Source: Candidatus Saccharimonadota bacterium
GTDB lineage: Bacteria; Patescibacteriota; Gracilibacteria; BD1-5; UBA6164
Direction: 5' to 3'
DNA: 32,000 nucleotides
Assembly (NCBI GenBank): GCA_965227835.1
Contig: OZ245768.1
Location: 1,110,001 to 1,142,000, forward strand
Both the position numbers and the translations under genes were made by a program. Shown here piece after piece: positions 1-8,970 of this stretch; positions within the stretch are counted from its first letter, which is position 1; every line of letters starts with the position of its first letter. Below the pieces are notes generated by a model that was not told where the DNA came from, did no database searches, and was given only the letters and a program-made list of their open reading frames with translations.

Positions 1-2100
1 TAATATTGATATTGCCCTTTTTACCAAAGGATCTCTACTGTTACTATTTATTTCTATGAAATGTTCCAAGTCTATATCAAATTTTTTAATTTCTTTTTCA
101 AAGTTAGGGTCATTTAAATCTGGAAATTTAGGACATCAATCAATATCTTGAAGTATTCAAAGTGCCATAATACTTGATAAGTTATAGTTTCTCAAATGAT
201 CATTATCTAGTTCTCAAACTCATCATGAGTAATATTCAGCTAAAAATATATAGGTTTCTCTTAATTTACTAGATAATTCAGGGTTATTTTGCTCTCTTAT
301 TCTAAGTTCAGAAATTATTATAAGTATATCTTCATACTGTGACTCTAATTCTTTGGAGTAATGTTCAATTGTATCTTTTTTATTCCAGACAATTCAAAGC
401 ATATTTTCTAAATCCTCTGTCTTTTGGGCTATAATTTTAAAGTTTTCAAGTCTAAAGCTTAGACCATTTATAAGTTGAGAGTCAGAAACATTTTCTGGAG
501 ATTGTGTTATTTGTTCTAAAATACTATCGTCTTCTACATCTATATCAGGAGTAGTTGTATCAAGAGTATTTGGAATATTGTTGTCTTGTGGCAATACTGG
601 AGCTTGTTCACCTAAAGAAATTTGATTTTGTGAAATGTTTGCATCTTGCACATTAGTTTCAGTTCAAGATAAAGAAAGTATTACATCAGAAACTGTGCTT
701 CTTCCATCACCTTTATTGTTAACTAAATATTGTATAAATTTAGGTATATCTTCATCTGTTATTCATGCATTTTGTAAAGCTCTTTTTTCTGTATCATTAA
801 GTAGGAGAGCATTTATAGTAGTTATATCATCTATAGAATCTATATATTTTCAAAAGAGTATGGTATTTGAAGAAAAAACAGATGTAAGAACAGAAATTTT
901 ATCTCTTCACAAAGCCTCTGATCATCTATCCAAATCCATATCACTTATGGAAGAAGAAGCATTTTCTAAAACTCTACCTGAGTCTATACTGTTGCTTCAT
1001 AAATTTGCACTACTGCTTCATAGATTTGTAGTTATATTATTTATAGCATTACTTCTAACTCTAGTTTGTTCAGGTGTATTTGAAAATCAAGAGCTAAAAG
1101 TATCTGTAACTTTATCAGAGGCATGACTTAAAAGTTCTCATCATCATAAGAATAAAAAACCTAAGGTTAAAGGTATCCTAGTATACCATTTTTCTCATCA
1201 GGGTATTTGTCTATACATTTCTTTTGGTATACCAAAAATTAATGATAATGTTAAAAATAACATACCCATTGATTTCAACCCTCACTTATTTTTATCAAAC
1301 CATGATCACCAGTCTTCTTTTCATTCAAATACTGGTATCATTGATCAGAAAAATGTTTTTGATGCCCCAGTTGGAATATTTTGTTTAGGGTCAACATTTT
1401 CTAAAACTTCACTATCTTCAGTTTTGTCAAAAAAACTGTCCAGTTTTTCAAAAAATATGCTATAATCATTTGTTTCATTTCATGTGGGTGTAGATCTAAA
1501 CTCAGATAAAAAAGCCAAAAGACCTTTATCTTCTGGTGTTCATACAAAGTTAAGTCAAGATATATTGGTATTTTTGTTTAATACAGAGAGTATTTCTATT
1601 TGATCTTGGCTTGATATACCTTGCTTGAATGAATCATTTCTAAATTTTTCCAAAACTGTTCAGGCTTTCATTTCTATATATGTCTCTTTCCCAAGTATTC
1701 AGTCTTTTGATATATTGTGTTCTTCTTGATAGTTTTGAATAGCTTGTTTAAAATCTTCAAACACAAAAGGATCTTCTACTCCCAAAGTTTCTTTTGCTAG
1801 TCTCAAAGCCTCACTTCTAGATATACCTATTTTTTCAAGATTTGAGGAAGTTAGTTGCATTTCATGGTTTGAAAGTCTTTCTTGAGTTTCTTCTATAATA
1901 TCTTCTTGGGCATTATTTACAGCTTCTAATTCTCATGTTTCTGCTTGCTCTTGAGATTCTGGCCAAACTTGTACTGGTCTTACCAAGCCTATACTTCATT
2001 TTCCTGGAATATTTATTTTACCACCTACTGGAATATTTACTCCATCATTTATATCCATTCTCCCTACATCTAATTCAACATTTTCAATATTTCTAGACAT
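1..2100 (-). CDS. Large hypothetical protein with a peptidoglycan-binding-like motif and central hydrophobic segments; the C-terminus runs off the window start
   Basis: The minus-strand frame is uninterrupted for 700 codons when TGA=Gly (many in-frame TGA, no TAA/TAG), with ATG at 2098-2100. It is in the same frame as track ORF 394..651. FKQAIQNYQEEHNISKDGILGKETYIEM resembles the PG_binding_1 DGxxGxxT pattern. Hydrophobic stretches are GLKSMGMLFLTLSLIFGIP and RIPLTLGFLFLGGG. Confidence 0.6.
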
Positions 2101-2134
2101 ATTTTTTAAGATTATTATATTATTTTCCTTAAAT

Positions 2135-2143
2135 ATTTTAACA
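2135..2143 (-). promoter_or_regulatory. Possible extended -10 (TGTTAAAAT) for the 1..2100 gene
   Basis: The reverse complement of 2131-2145 reads TGTGTTAAAATATTT, about 35 nt upstream of the ATG at 2100. No clear -35 was found. Confidence 0.3.
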
Positions 2144-2208
2144 CAAAAAAAAAGCCAAGACAACCATTTGAAATTGACAATAGCTTATTTTATTTTTAAA
2201 ATGTTGGA

Positions 2209-3654
2209 TTAATGTTTAATAATTTTCAATTTTGAGTTTTTTAATGTTGCTATTCCTATTTTTAAATCATCATATATTAATTGATAGTATTCTTTTTTAT
2301 TGTTAGAGTTTAAATCTATTTTTTTATATTCAATTTCTTGTCAAGCTAAGAGTTTATCAAGCTTTATTTTATCTATTTTTAGAGTGTTTTTTTTGAAATA
2401 TGAAAACATACCTACATACTGGCTAGGTGTAAATCCTCATGATTTGATGTGTCATATATTTATTCATATTTTGTAAATAAATATTTTTTCCCATATATCA
2501 CTCAAACTTTTATTACACATATGTATTTCTCAATTGTAGATGTAAATAAAGTATTTTTTTATATCAAAGCCAAAATTTTCTAAGAAGAATTTTTTTATCA
2601 ATTTTAACTCTGCACTACTTACTTTTTTAATATTTTGCCTTAAAAAGATTTCTTGTTTTTTATCCCATTTATCTTTTTGATTATTTGATAATTCTTTTTT
2701 AGATTCAATTGATTTGATTTTTTTTATCTTTGCCACAAAAAAACCACCTGCCAATTCCAAATGTGGCCAGCTTCTTTTGAAAAAATCATTTAAATTAGAA
2801 TTTTTTTGAAGAGTTTTAAAATGTTTATTTCAAGGTGTTGATTTTTCATCAAGCGGTAATAGTTCAATAAATTCTCAATATTTTTTAAATAATTTTTCTA
2901 TTACCTGTTCGTTTTCAATTTTATTTAAAGTGCAGGTAGAATATACAAGTTCTCATTTGGGCTTCAAAGCTTTTATTCAGCATTCCAAAAGTCAAAACTG
3001 GAGTTTGGATATGGTTTTTATATTTTTTATATTCCGATATTTTAATATATTTTCTTCTCTAAATGCTGTTCATTCTCAACTGCAAGGTGCATCTATTAAT
3101 ACTTTATCAAAAAGTTCAGTAGTATTTTTGAAAAATCTACCATCGTGATTTGATACAACCACATTTAGGCTACTCATTCTATCAATATTTGAAAAGAGTC
3201 ACGGAATTCTTTTCTTTTGTATTTCATTTGCTACTATCAAACTTTGGGGATAATATTCGCTTAATTGTGTGGTTTTTCAACCAGGGCTTGCACTCATATC
3301 CAAAATAAGATAGGGTGTTTCATCTTTTTTGTCATTACTCATATAAAAAGGTGATGAACTTGCAGATATTTCTTGTATATAAAAATAACCTGAAAGATGT
3401 TCGGTGGTGTTTCAAAGAGGAGTTTCTTTGGAGTTTTGTCTATCTATATAAAAGGTGTTTTTTCAGAGTTTGGTTGCTTCTAGTATCCACTTATTTTTTT
3501 CTGCTCTTTTCTTGAAATCTTCTATACTTATTTTGTTAGTATTTACTCTAATTGATTTTTTAAGAGGTTTTTCTAGAGAGTTTTTAAACTCCTCTATTTG
3601 TTCATCATTAAAGCTAAATTCTTTTTTTATATATTTTATAAAATCTTCTTTCAA
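2209..3654 (-). CDS. rsmF: 16S rRNA m5C methyltransferase, NOL1/NOP2/Sun family (RsmF/RsmB-like), 481 aa
   Basis: The N-terminus is PLKKSIRVNTNKIS. The SAM motif is LDMSASPGGKTTQL, and catalytic motifs are DAPCSGEGT and YSTCTL, followed by GGFFVAKIKK. The glycines in PGGK and CSGEG are TGA codons. The apparent stop at 2530-2532 is TGA, so the frame continues to TAA at 2209-2211. Confidence 0.8.
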
Positions 3655-3871
3655 GTGTTTTTATTTTAATATGTATTATAGAATGGAAATTTATTATATA
3701 GTAAACTAAGATGCAAATTGTTTTGCTATATAGATGATAAAAAGCAAATAGAAACTTCCAATAGCAAATGGCTAAAGCCATCTGTTTACGAAAAATAAAA
3801 AGGTTACTTTTTTTGCATAATTTAAATTTTTTCAAGCTCTTTTCTAAATATAACAAAAATTTTCAAATAAT

Positions 3872-4717
3872 CTAAAAAACTATTTTAGCACATCTAGTTA
3901 TTCCAGAATTGTCTTTAAAAAATTCAAATTTTAGATTCAGGTTTTCTAAAAAAGATTCACATATTTCTTTTTGATCAAATCAGATTTCTATAAAAAGCAT
4001 TAGTTTAAAACTACTTGGTATTAATCATCTAAGTTTTATGATTTTTTTTATAAGTTTTTGATACAATTCAAATCAAGTTATTTTTCATCAATAAAGTGCT
4101 TTTTCTGGTTCATATTTTATGGTTTTAATATCCATATTTTTGAAGTCATTATCTTTTATATAAGGCAAGTTTGCTGTAATTATTGTGTTTTTTGTAGAAA
4201 ATCATTTTTTTTCTAATTTAAAGTAAGGAAAAATATCATCAAGCAGATTTCAACAAATAAGTTTTGTTTTTTTTTCAAGTCAGTGTTTTTTTAAATTTAT
4301 TTTTGCTACTTCAAGTGCATCTTTTGAGATATCTATTCAAAAAGAGTTTATATTTTTTGAAGGAATATATAAGCTTTGTTTCAATAGGGCAATAGTTATA
4401 CATCAGCTTCAAGTTCAAATTTCTATAAGATTAAATTCTTTGTATTTATTGAATTTAATTTCATCTAGAGTTTTTTTTACTAAGATTTCAGTATCATCTC
4501 TGGGGATTAAAACTCTTTTGTCTACGAAAAAAGTCAGTCCATAAAATTCAGCTTCTTTTAGTATATATTCTATAGGTTCTCATTTTTCATATCTTGAAAT
4601 ATAACTATTTAGTTTGTCTTTTATATTGGAATTTAGTTTTGGGGGTTTTAAAAATAACTGCTCTCTTTTAAGACCAGTTATTTTTTGAAGAAATTTTTCT
4701 TGTATTTTTTTATTCAT
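3872..4717 (-). CDS. prmC: Release-factor glutamine N5-methyltransferase PrmC/HemK, 281 aa
   Basis: Motifs are [31 protein letters not shown], the SAM motif EIGTGSGCITIAL (TGA-encoded Gly), the NPPY-type motif ANLPYI, EPEKALYGG and EIGFDQ. The start is ATG 4715-4717 and the stop is TAG 3872-3874. Confidence 0.85.
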
Positions 4718-4783
4718 TATTTTATGTGTATTTTTTATAAAAAGTTGGTGGTTTTAAAAAATGATTTTAAAATTAGCAGAATG

Positions 4784-4916
4784 TTTGAGTTTAGCAAGAA
4801 AGTGTTTAGGTTTGATAAGGGAGTTAAGGTTTAAGTTCAAAGTAAGAAAGTTGAAATTATTAAGGGGTCAAGATTTATTAAGGTGTAAAAATTAGGCAAG
4901 GGGTCAAGACCCCTTG
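4784..4916 (+). repeat. Intergenic module, copy A: TTTGAGTTTAG, then TAAGGGGTCAAGAT, then a CAAGG..TC-AA-GA..CC.TG hairpin
   Basis: The 11-mer at 4784-4794 and the 14-mer at 4861-4874 are identical to 24252-24262 and 24322-24335. They occur in the same order and orientation, and each is followed by a homologous hairpin (4897-4916 and 24365-24384). Confidence 0.6.
4886..4916 (-). terminator. Rho-independent terminator after the AGOG gene
   Basis: A perfect 9-bp stem CAAGGGGTC/GACCCCTTG with a 2-nt loop lies at 4897-4916. On the minus strand it is followed by CCTAATTTTTA. It sits 24 nt downstream of the stop at 4940. Confidence 0.6.
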
Positions 4917-4939
4917 TCTTTGGGATTTGAAATATAAAA

Positions 4940-5662
4940 TTAACTTAATAAATCTTCATATTTGGTCCACACTATTCAATCTAGGTGTAGTAGAGGTATT
5001 TTTAGTTTTTCTGATAGTTCAAGATAGAATTTTTTTATATCATCGTAATCTTCTTTATATTTATTAAAAATGGCTATAAGTCTTGAATCAATGGGTATAA
5101 ATATTGTTTTGGGAAATTCTCTAAATCCATAAATATTTCTCGCTGCATATCAAAACATTTTTATAGCAAAAACTATTGTTTTTGCATCTTTTTTTTGATT
5201 CATGGTTTCTGCTAGTTTTTCTAGTAGTATTTCCATATTTTCATAAAAATATTGAGGTTTTTTGATAAAATCATCTAAAAAGGGTAGTAGCTTTTCAAGT
5301 CTTTTGTGTTTCATAGAAGTAAATCTCCTATTATTTTTAGAGTTTGATATAAAATTTCATAGCTCTTCAATGATTTGTTTTGAATTATTTTCTTGTCAGG
5401 AAAATATTTGAGATTTTGAAGAAAAATACTGGTTAAATTCTTCCCAATAGAGTTCACCTTTTCAAGATAGTTGATAGCATATAAGGGAATTTGATATTAC
5501 CAGAGCTAGATATGAGTTTTTGTTTTCCACATTTTTTTCTAGATTTTTTAGTGCAATAAATTGCCTATCTTTTTCTTCAAATAATATTGACTCTTTTATG
5601 TTGTATTTTTTAAGTTTATCGTATAGTTTTTGCATATTTAAGATTTTATTTTTAATTTTCAT
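4940..5662 (-). CDS. N-glycosylase/DNA lyase, archaeal-type 8-oxoguanine glycosylase (AGOG family), 240 aa
   Basis: ALVISNSLICYQLSGKGELYWEEF, TIVFAIKMFGYAARN, IPIDSRL and PLLHLDGIVW match the AGOG pattern (SYQLxGKGExxW, K-containing helix, IPVDxR, LHLDxxxW). Track ORF 5462..5662 continues through TGA codons to TAA at 4940-4942. Confidence 0.75.
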
Positions 5663-5775
5663 TTATAATAATTAAATTTTTAAAAGTTTAAAGCTTTGTT
5701 TTTAGTTGTTATATTTTATATTTAAAAAAGCTAATTTTCAGCTTGTTTTATGCGAAAAGCTGGAGGTAAAAAAAT

Positions 5776-5803
5776 TTGACTTGATTTTCTTTTTTAATAG
5801 AAT
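5776..5803 (+). promoter_or_regulatory. Sigma70-like promoter for tRNA-Gly
   Basis: TTGACT (5776-5781), a 16-nt spacer, then TAGAAT (5798-5803). It lies about 34 nt upstream of the tRNA start. Confidence 0.4.
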
Positions 5804-5836
5804 TCTTTTCGTTTCTCGTGTTTTAGCAATATTTAA

Positions 5837-5913
5837 GCGGGTGTAGCTCAATTGGCTAGAGCATCTGCCTTCCAAGCAGAGGGTTGTGGGTTCGAGACCC
5901 ATCACCCGCTCCA
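5837..5913 (+). tRNA. tRNA-Gly (anticodon UCC), CCA encoded
   Basis: Manual cloverleaf: acceptor GCGGGTG/CACCCGC, D arm GCTC-AATTGGCTA-GAGC, anticodon arm TCTGC-CTTCCAA-GCAGA, T arm GTGGG-TTCGAGA-CCCAT, discriminator T, then CCA. Confidence 0.9.
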
Positions 5914-5932
5914 AAATAAAAATTTATTTAAG

Positions 5933-5987
5933 AGTAGAAAGTAGAAAGTTTATCTAAATGCTTTCTTTAGGAAGTCTACTTTTTTTA
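5933..5987 (+). terminator. Compound hairpin plus T7 run between tRNA-Gly and tRNA-Ile
   Basis: The outer stem is AGTAGA (5933-5938)/TCTACT (5975-5980) and the inner stem is AGAAAG/CTTTCT. It is followed by TTTTTTT. Confidence 0.4.
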
Positions 5988-6014
5988 TTTATAGGGTTTA
6001 TTTAAATATTTTTC

Positions 6015-6091
6015 GGGTGTATAGCTCAGCTGGTTAGAGCGCACGACTGATAATCGTGAGGTCGGAAGTTCAAGTCTTCCTATACCCACCA
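6015..6091 (+). tRNA. tRNA-Ile (anticodon GAU), CCA encoded
   Basis: Acceptor GGGTGTA/TATACCC, D arm GCTC-AGCTGGTTA-GAGC, anticodon arm CACGA-CTGATAA-TCGTG, T arm GGAAG-TTCAAGT-CTTCC, then A and CCA. Confidence 0.9.
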
Positions 6092-6093
6092 TG

Positions 6094-6170
6094 CGGAGAC
6101 TGGCGCAATTGGCTAGCGCACACGGTTTGGGACCGTGGGGTTGTGAGTTCGAGTCTCACGTTTCCGACCA
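6094..6170 (+). tRNA. tRNA-Pro (anticodon UGG), CCA encoded
   Basis: Acceptor CGGAGAC/GTTTCCG with the C1-G72 pair typical of bacterial tRNA-Pro. Anticodon arm CACGG-TTTGGGA-CCGTG, T arm GTGAG-TTCGAGT-CTCAC. It starts 2 nt after the CCA of tRNA-Ile. Confidence 0.9.
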
Positions 6171-6175
6171 TTTAA
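6164..6175 (+). repeat. Direct repeat CCGACCATTTAA, copy 1 (tRNA-Pro 3' end); putative att core
   Basis: It is identical to the 12-mer at 12087-12098. The CCGACC core is G+C-rich in a very AT-rich background. Confidence 0.55.
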
Positions 6176-6189
6176 GACAATCCATAGAA

Positions 6190-6226
6190 ATAGCATTAAC
6201 TTTTCCGAAGTTGGTGCTATTTTTTG
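6190..6226 (+). terminator. Rho-independent terminator of the tRNA cluster
   Basis: A 13-bp stem ATAGCATTAACTT/AAGTTGGTGCTAT (two U-G pairs) with loop TTCCG is followed by TTTTTTG. Confidence 0.65.
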
Positions 6227-6680
6227 TTGGTTCTAAACTATCTAATCAGCCACCTCTATTATTTAGTTCATTTTCTAGCGTTTGAAACCAAGGATACAGT
6301 TCTATAGCCAATACTCAGTCTTTTAGAGTAAAGTTCTGACCAAGTGTTGATAATATTTCTTTTTTCTCCTTTAAACTTCATTTTATAAATGATTCCATTG
6401 CTCTACATGCAAAATCAAATACTTTTTCAGTTAGTTCTTGGACTTTCTCAGCTTTTGTATCTAGTCATTCTCTTTGCTCTTTTAATCTCTCTATACTTAC
6501 TTTTAAATCTTCTTTCTTATTTAAAAACTCATCTTTGGATATGATTTCATCTAATAATAAGTCAGTTAAGTTTTTCGGCTTCTCTTCTTCACTATATATA
6601 TTTTTGTTAATATTCTCATATATTTTTAGCTTTTTCTCTATTTCTTCTGAATAGTTCTCTTTTAATGAGCCTGTTGTAAA
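6227..6680 (-). pseudogene. 5'-truncated large serine recombinase (C-terminal fragment only)
   Basis: The frame encodes ...DEFLNKKEDLKVSIERLKEQREGLDTKAEKVQELTEKVFDFACRAMESFIKGSLKEKKEILSTLGQNFTLKDGVLAIELYPWF, which resembles the coiled-coil C-terminal tail of large serine recombinases. The frame opens directly after a TAA at 6681-6683 with no start codon, no catalytic N-terminal domain and no upstream space. Confidence 0.55.
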
Positions 6681-6687
6681 TTAAACT

Positions 6688-7476
6688 TTGACTATTAAAA
6701 AGAGGAAACAAGAAGCTGAAAAAATATACACTTGGAGTATCCCTACAAGTCAATGATTTACTGAAAAATCTAAAATTATTAGTTATAATAAAAATATTAT
6801 ACAACCTTCTTTTATTAGCTTTGATAGTGAGAAAGAAGAATGGTTTATAGGATATTTCTTAGAAAAATCTGAATTAGTAGAATTTTGGTATAAAAACTGG
6901 ACATCTTCAGAACAATTTTTTGCAGTTCCATATATTGATAAATATTGAGAAAAACAATCTTTTTACCCTGACTTTATAGTTTACCTTAAATCTTGAATTA
7001 TATGATTATTTGATCTTAAATCTTGATTTACACTCAAAGATTGAACTTTAAAAGCGAAATGATTAGAAGAATATATAAAAAATAATACTAAAAAATGAAA
7101 AAAGATTATAGGATGACTTATTGAAGTAAATAAAGTCCCTAATACTGAGACTATAACTATGCTGATTAACAATACTTGGAACTATTCTCTTGAAAATAGA
7201 AAAAACTTTTCTGTATTTAATAACAATTATATTGAAAATTATAGTTTTGAAGAAGTAGCTTGAATTTCTGAAAACTATAAAAAAGATATTCAAAATGAAA
7301 TAGAAAAATTATTTCATGATCTAAACAACAAAAAAAGTAGTTATGTTTTCTTTATAAATGAACAAAAAGATTCTTGAGATTTTGATTTTGAAAAAGCCAG
7401 TGAATTAAACAGAGAAATTAGTGAAATTGAGAATAAAATTAAAGAAAAAGAAAAAGTCCTAAGTGAGTTAGTCTAA
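6688..7476 (+). pseudogene. 5'-truncated type III restriction Res-like protein: C-terminal PD-(D/E)xK nuclease region only (262 codons from TTG)
   Basis: FDSEKEEWFIGYFLEKSELVEFWYKNW...YIDKYGEKQSFYPDFIVYLKSGIIGLFDLKSG matches the fDSxxE...YxPDF...(D/E)xK C-terminal module of Res-type helicase-nucleases. No helicase part is present. There is no ATG near the 5' end, and the frame opens 4 nt after a TAA. The stop is TAA 7474-7476. Confidence 0.5.
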
Positions 7477-7605
7477 AATATCCCTTTTTACTCCAAAAAG
7501 TCCTTAGAAAATTTATATTTTTCCTTATTTAAAGGCAAAAACTATATATTAATTTTTGAAGTATGATATACATGTTTTTCATATATTAAGACAAAGTCAA
7601 AATAA

Positions 7606-7634
7606 TTGCCAAAATATCTCAAATATGCTAAAAT
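7606..7634 (+). promoter_or_regulatory. Sigma70-like promoter of the toxin-like cassette
   Basis: TTGCCA (7606-7611), a 17-nt spacer, then TAAAAT (7629-7634). It lies 31 nt upstream of the ATG at 7665. Confidence 0.45.
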
Positions 7635-7657
7635 TATTACTAATTAATAGTAATAAT
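7633..7657. promoter_or_regulatory. Perfect 10-bp inverted repeat overlapping the -10/+1 region (candidate operator)
   Basis: ATTATTACTA, a 5-nt spacer, then TAGTAATAAT, followed by a T7 run and the ATG at 7665. Confidence 0.35.
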
Positions 7658-7664
7658 TTTTTTG

Positions 7665-7985
7665 ATGTTTAAAGATGAAGAAATTATTGAAAAAATCAGA
7701 AAAACTAAATTGTTTAACTCTAAGCTTAAACAAGATATTATTTGATACTTCAATTTCTTAAATCAAACTCAGAAAAATAACCTATTACAAGCTCTAAATA
7801 CAGAAACAAAAATTATAAAAAACTTTCTATCAACCTTAAAAGATAAAGAAATAATCAAATTTGAAGAAATAAAATGAAATATTGATAATTTACAAAGGCA
7901 AGATAGAAACTTAAAGGAGCTAAAAGAGAAAGCTCAAGATGAATTAGAAATAGATAACTTACTAAATAAACTAGATATAGTATAA
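7665..7985 (+). CDS. Small, probably all-helical protein (106 aa), translationally coupled to the toxin-like gene
   Basis: ATG 7665 to TAA 7983-7985. The stop overlaps the next ATG (TAATG). The sequence is charged and heptad-like (KELKEKAQDELEIDNLLNKL) and contains two in-frame TGA codons. Confidence 0.6.
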
Positions 7986-8917
7986 TGTCAGCAGAAGCAT
8001 TAAAAGGCTTTGATTCACAAGAATCAGCTATAAATTCTCAGGAAAGACAAAAAGAAGCTATCAGACAAGAAACTGATAGGCTTTATTCTAGTTTAGATAA
8101 TTTCAATTTAGAGCAAATGCAAACCTTAGTAGATACTTTATCTGCTAATAATCCTGAATTTAATCAAGAAATTACAAGCTTCCAAGATACTAATTCAACA
8201 AGAGTAGTAGAAATGTTAAAAGCAAATAGCGAAAGCAATGACAGTTCTAACTTTGAATATTTTTGAATTGATACAGAACAAATATGAGAAATACAATGAG
8301 AACTTGATAGCCTAGATTTAGATATAAATAATATACTTGATTGATATAAAACCTATATTGAAACAAATTTAAGCTGATTAACAAAAGAGCAAATAGATAA
8401 AGTAAAATTATCAATATCAAATAGAGTTTTAGGATTATGAAATGAAATAAAAGATTTAAAATGAGATTTAGATGATTGAAAAGATTTTAAAAACAACAGA
8501 TGGATTATTAATGAAAAAATTACTGATAATTTTTCAGATATAAATAATAAATTATTACCTAGCCTAGCTTTATTATCTAAAATCAATTCTTGAGAGAATA
8601 TAATTTTAAGAGAAGAGTGACTTTATGATGTAAGAGATAAATTAGAAGAAATCAAGAAAATGCTATGAGCTGAAGTTTTATCTGATTGAGATTTTGATAA
8701 AACTTGGAAAAGTATGGAGTTAATAGATGCTAATACCAATAATTGGAACATATTAGATATAAGAGAAGATATTGATGCTAGATTTTTAGAAGAAAATTGA
8801 ATAACAAGTATTGAAGATATATCTTTATTAAGTGAAAAAGATAAACAAATAGAAAGTACTGCTCAATATACATTTTATGCATTATGGGTCTGTTGCAAAT
8901 TAGATTTTAGCTATTAA
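7985..8917 (+). pseudogene. 5' part of the IS-disrupted 800-aa toxin-like gene (native codons 1-300, then 11 IS-encoded codons to a TAA)
   Basis: Track ORF 7985..8266 continues through many TGA codons. The native sequence ends at 8885, and the frame then runs into the IS left end to TAA 8915-8917. The N-terminal region is charged and looks helical. Confidence 0.75.
8886..8896 (+). repeat. IS left terminal inverted repeat
   Basis: GGGTCTGTTGC is the perfect reverse complement of 10079-10089. Confidence 0.8.
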
Positions 8918-8970
8918 AAAGAGAAAAAAGAGATATAATTAGATAGTAATTATATTCTAAGAAAATACCT

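Noticed and set aside
635-1126. Plus-strand track ORF of 163 aa. The same applies to 12540..12815, 13871..14074, 14411..14677, 17813..18061, 18998..19213, 19304..19498 and 24763..25014.
   Set aside because: All are antisense to well-supported minus-strand genes, have no recognisable motifs, and are composition artefacts of AT-rich DNA.
2209-2520. A separate 103-aa ORF downstream of the rRNA methyltransferase.
   Set aside because: The apparent stop of the methyltransferase at 2530-2532 is TGA and the frames coincide. This stretch is therefore its C-terminal extension, giving an RsmF-like length of 481 aa.
4761-4895. A 44-aa basic peptide ORF on the plus strand inside the prmC-AGOG spacer.
   Set aside because: It lies within the repeated intergenic module and overlaps the terminator region. 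It has no RBS and no supporting conservation that I can see.
6091-6285. Track ORF of 64 aa on the plus strand.
   Set aside because: It is a translation across tRNA-Pro and its terminator, not a gene.
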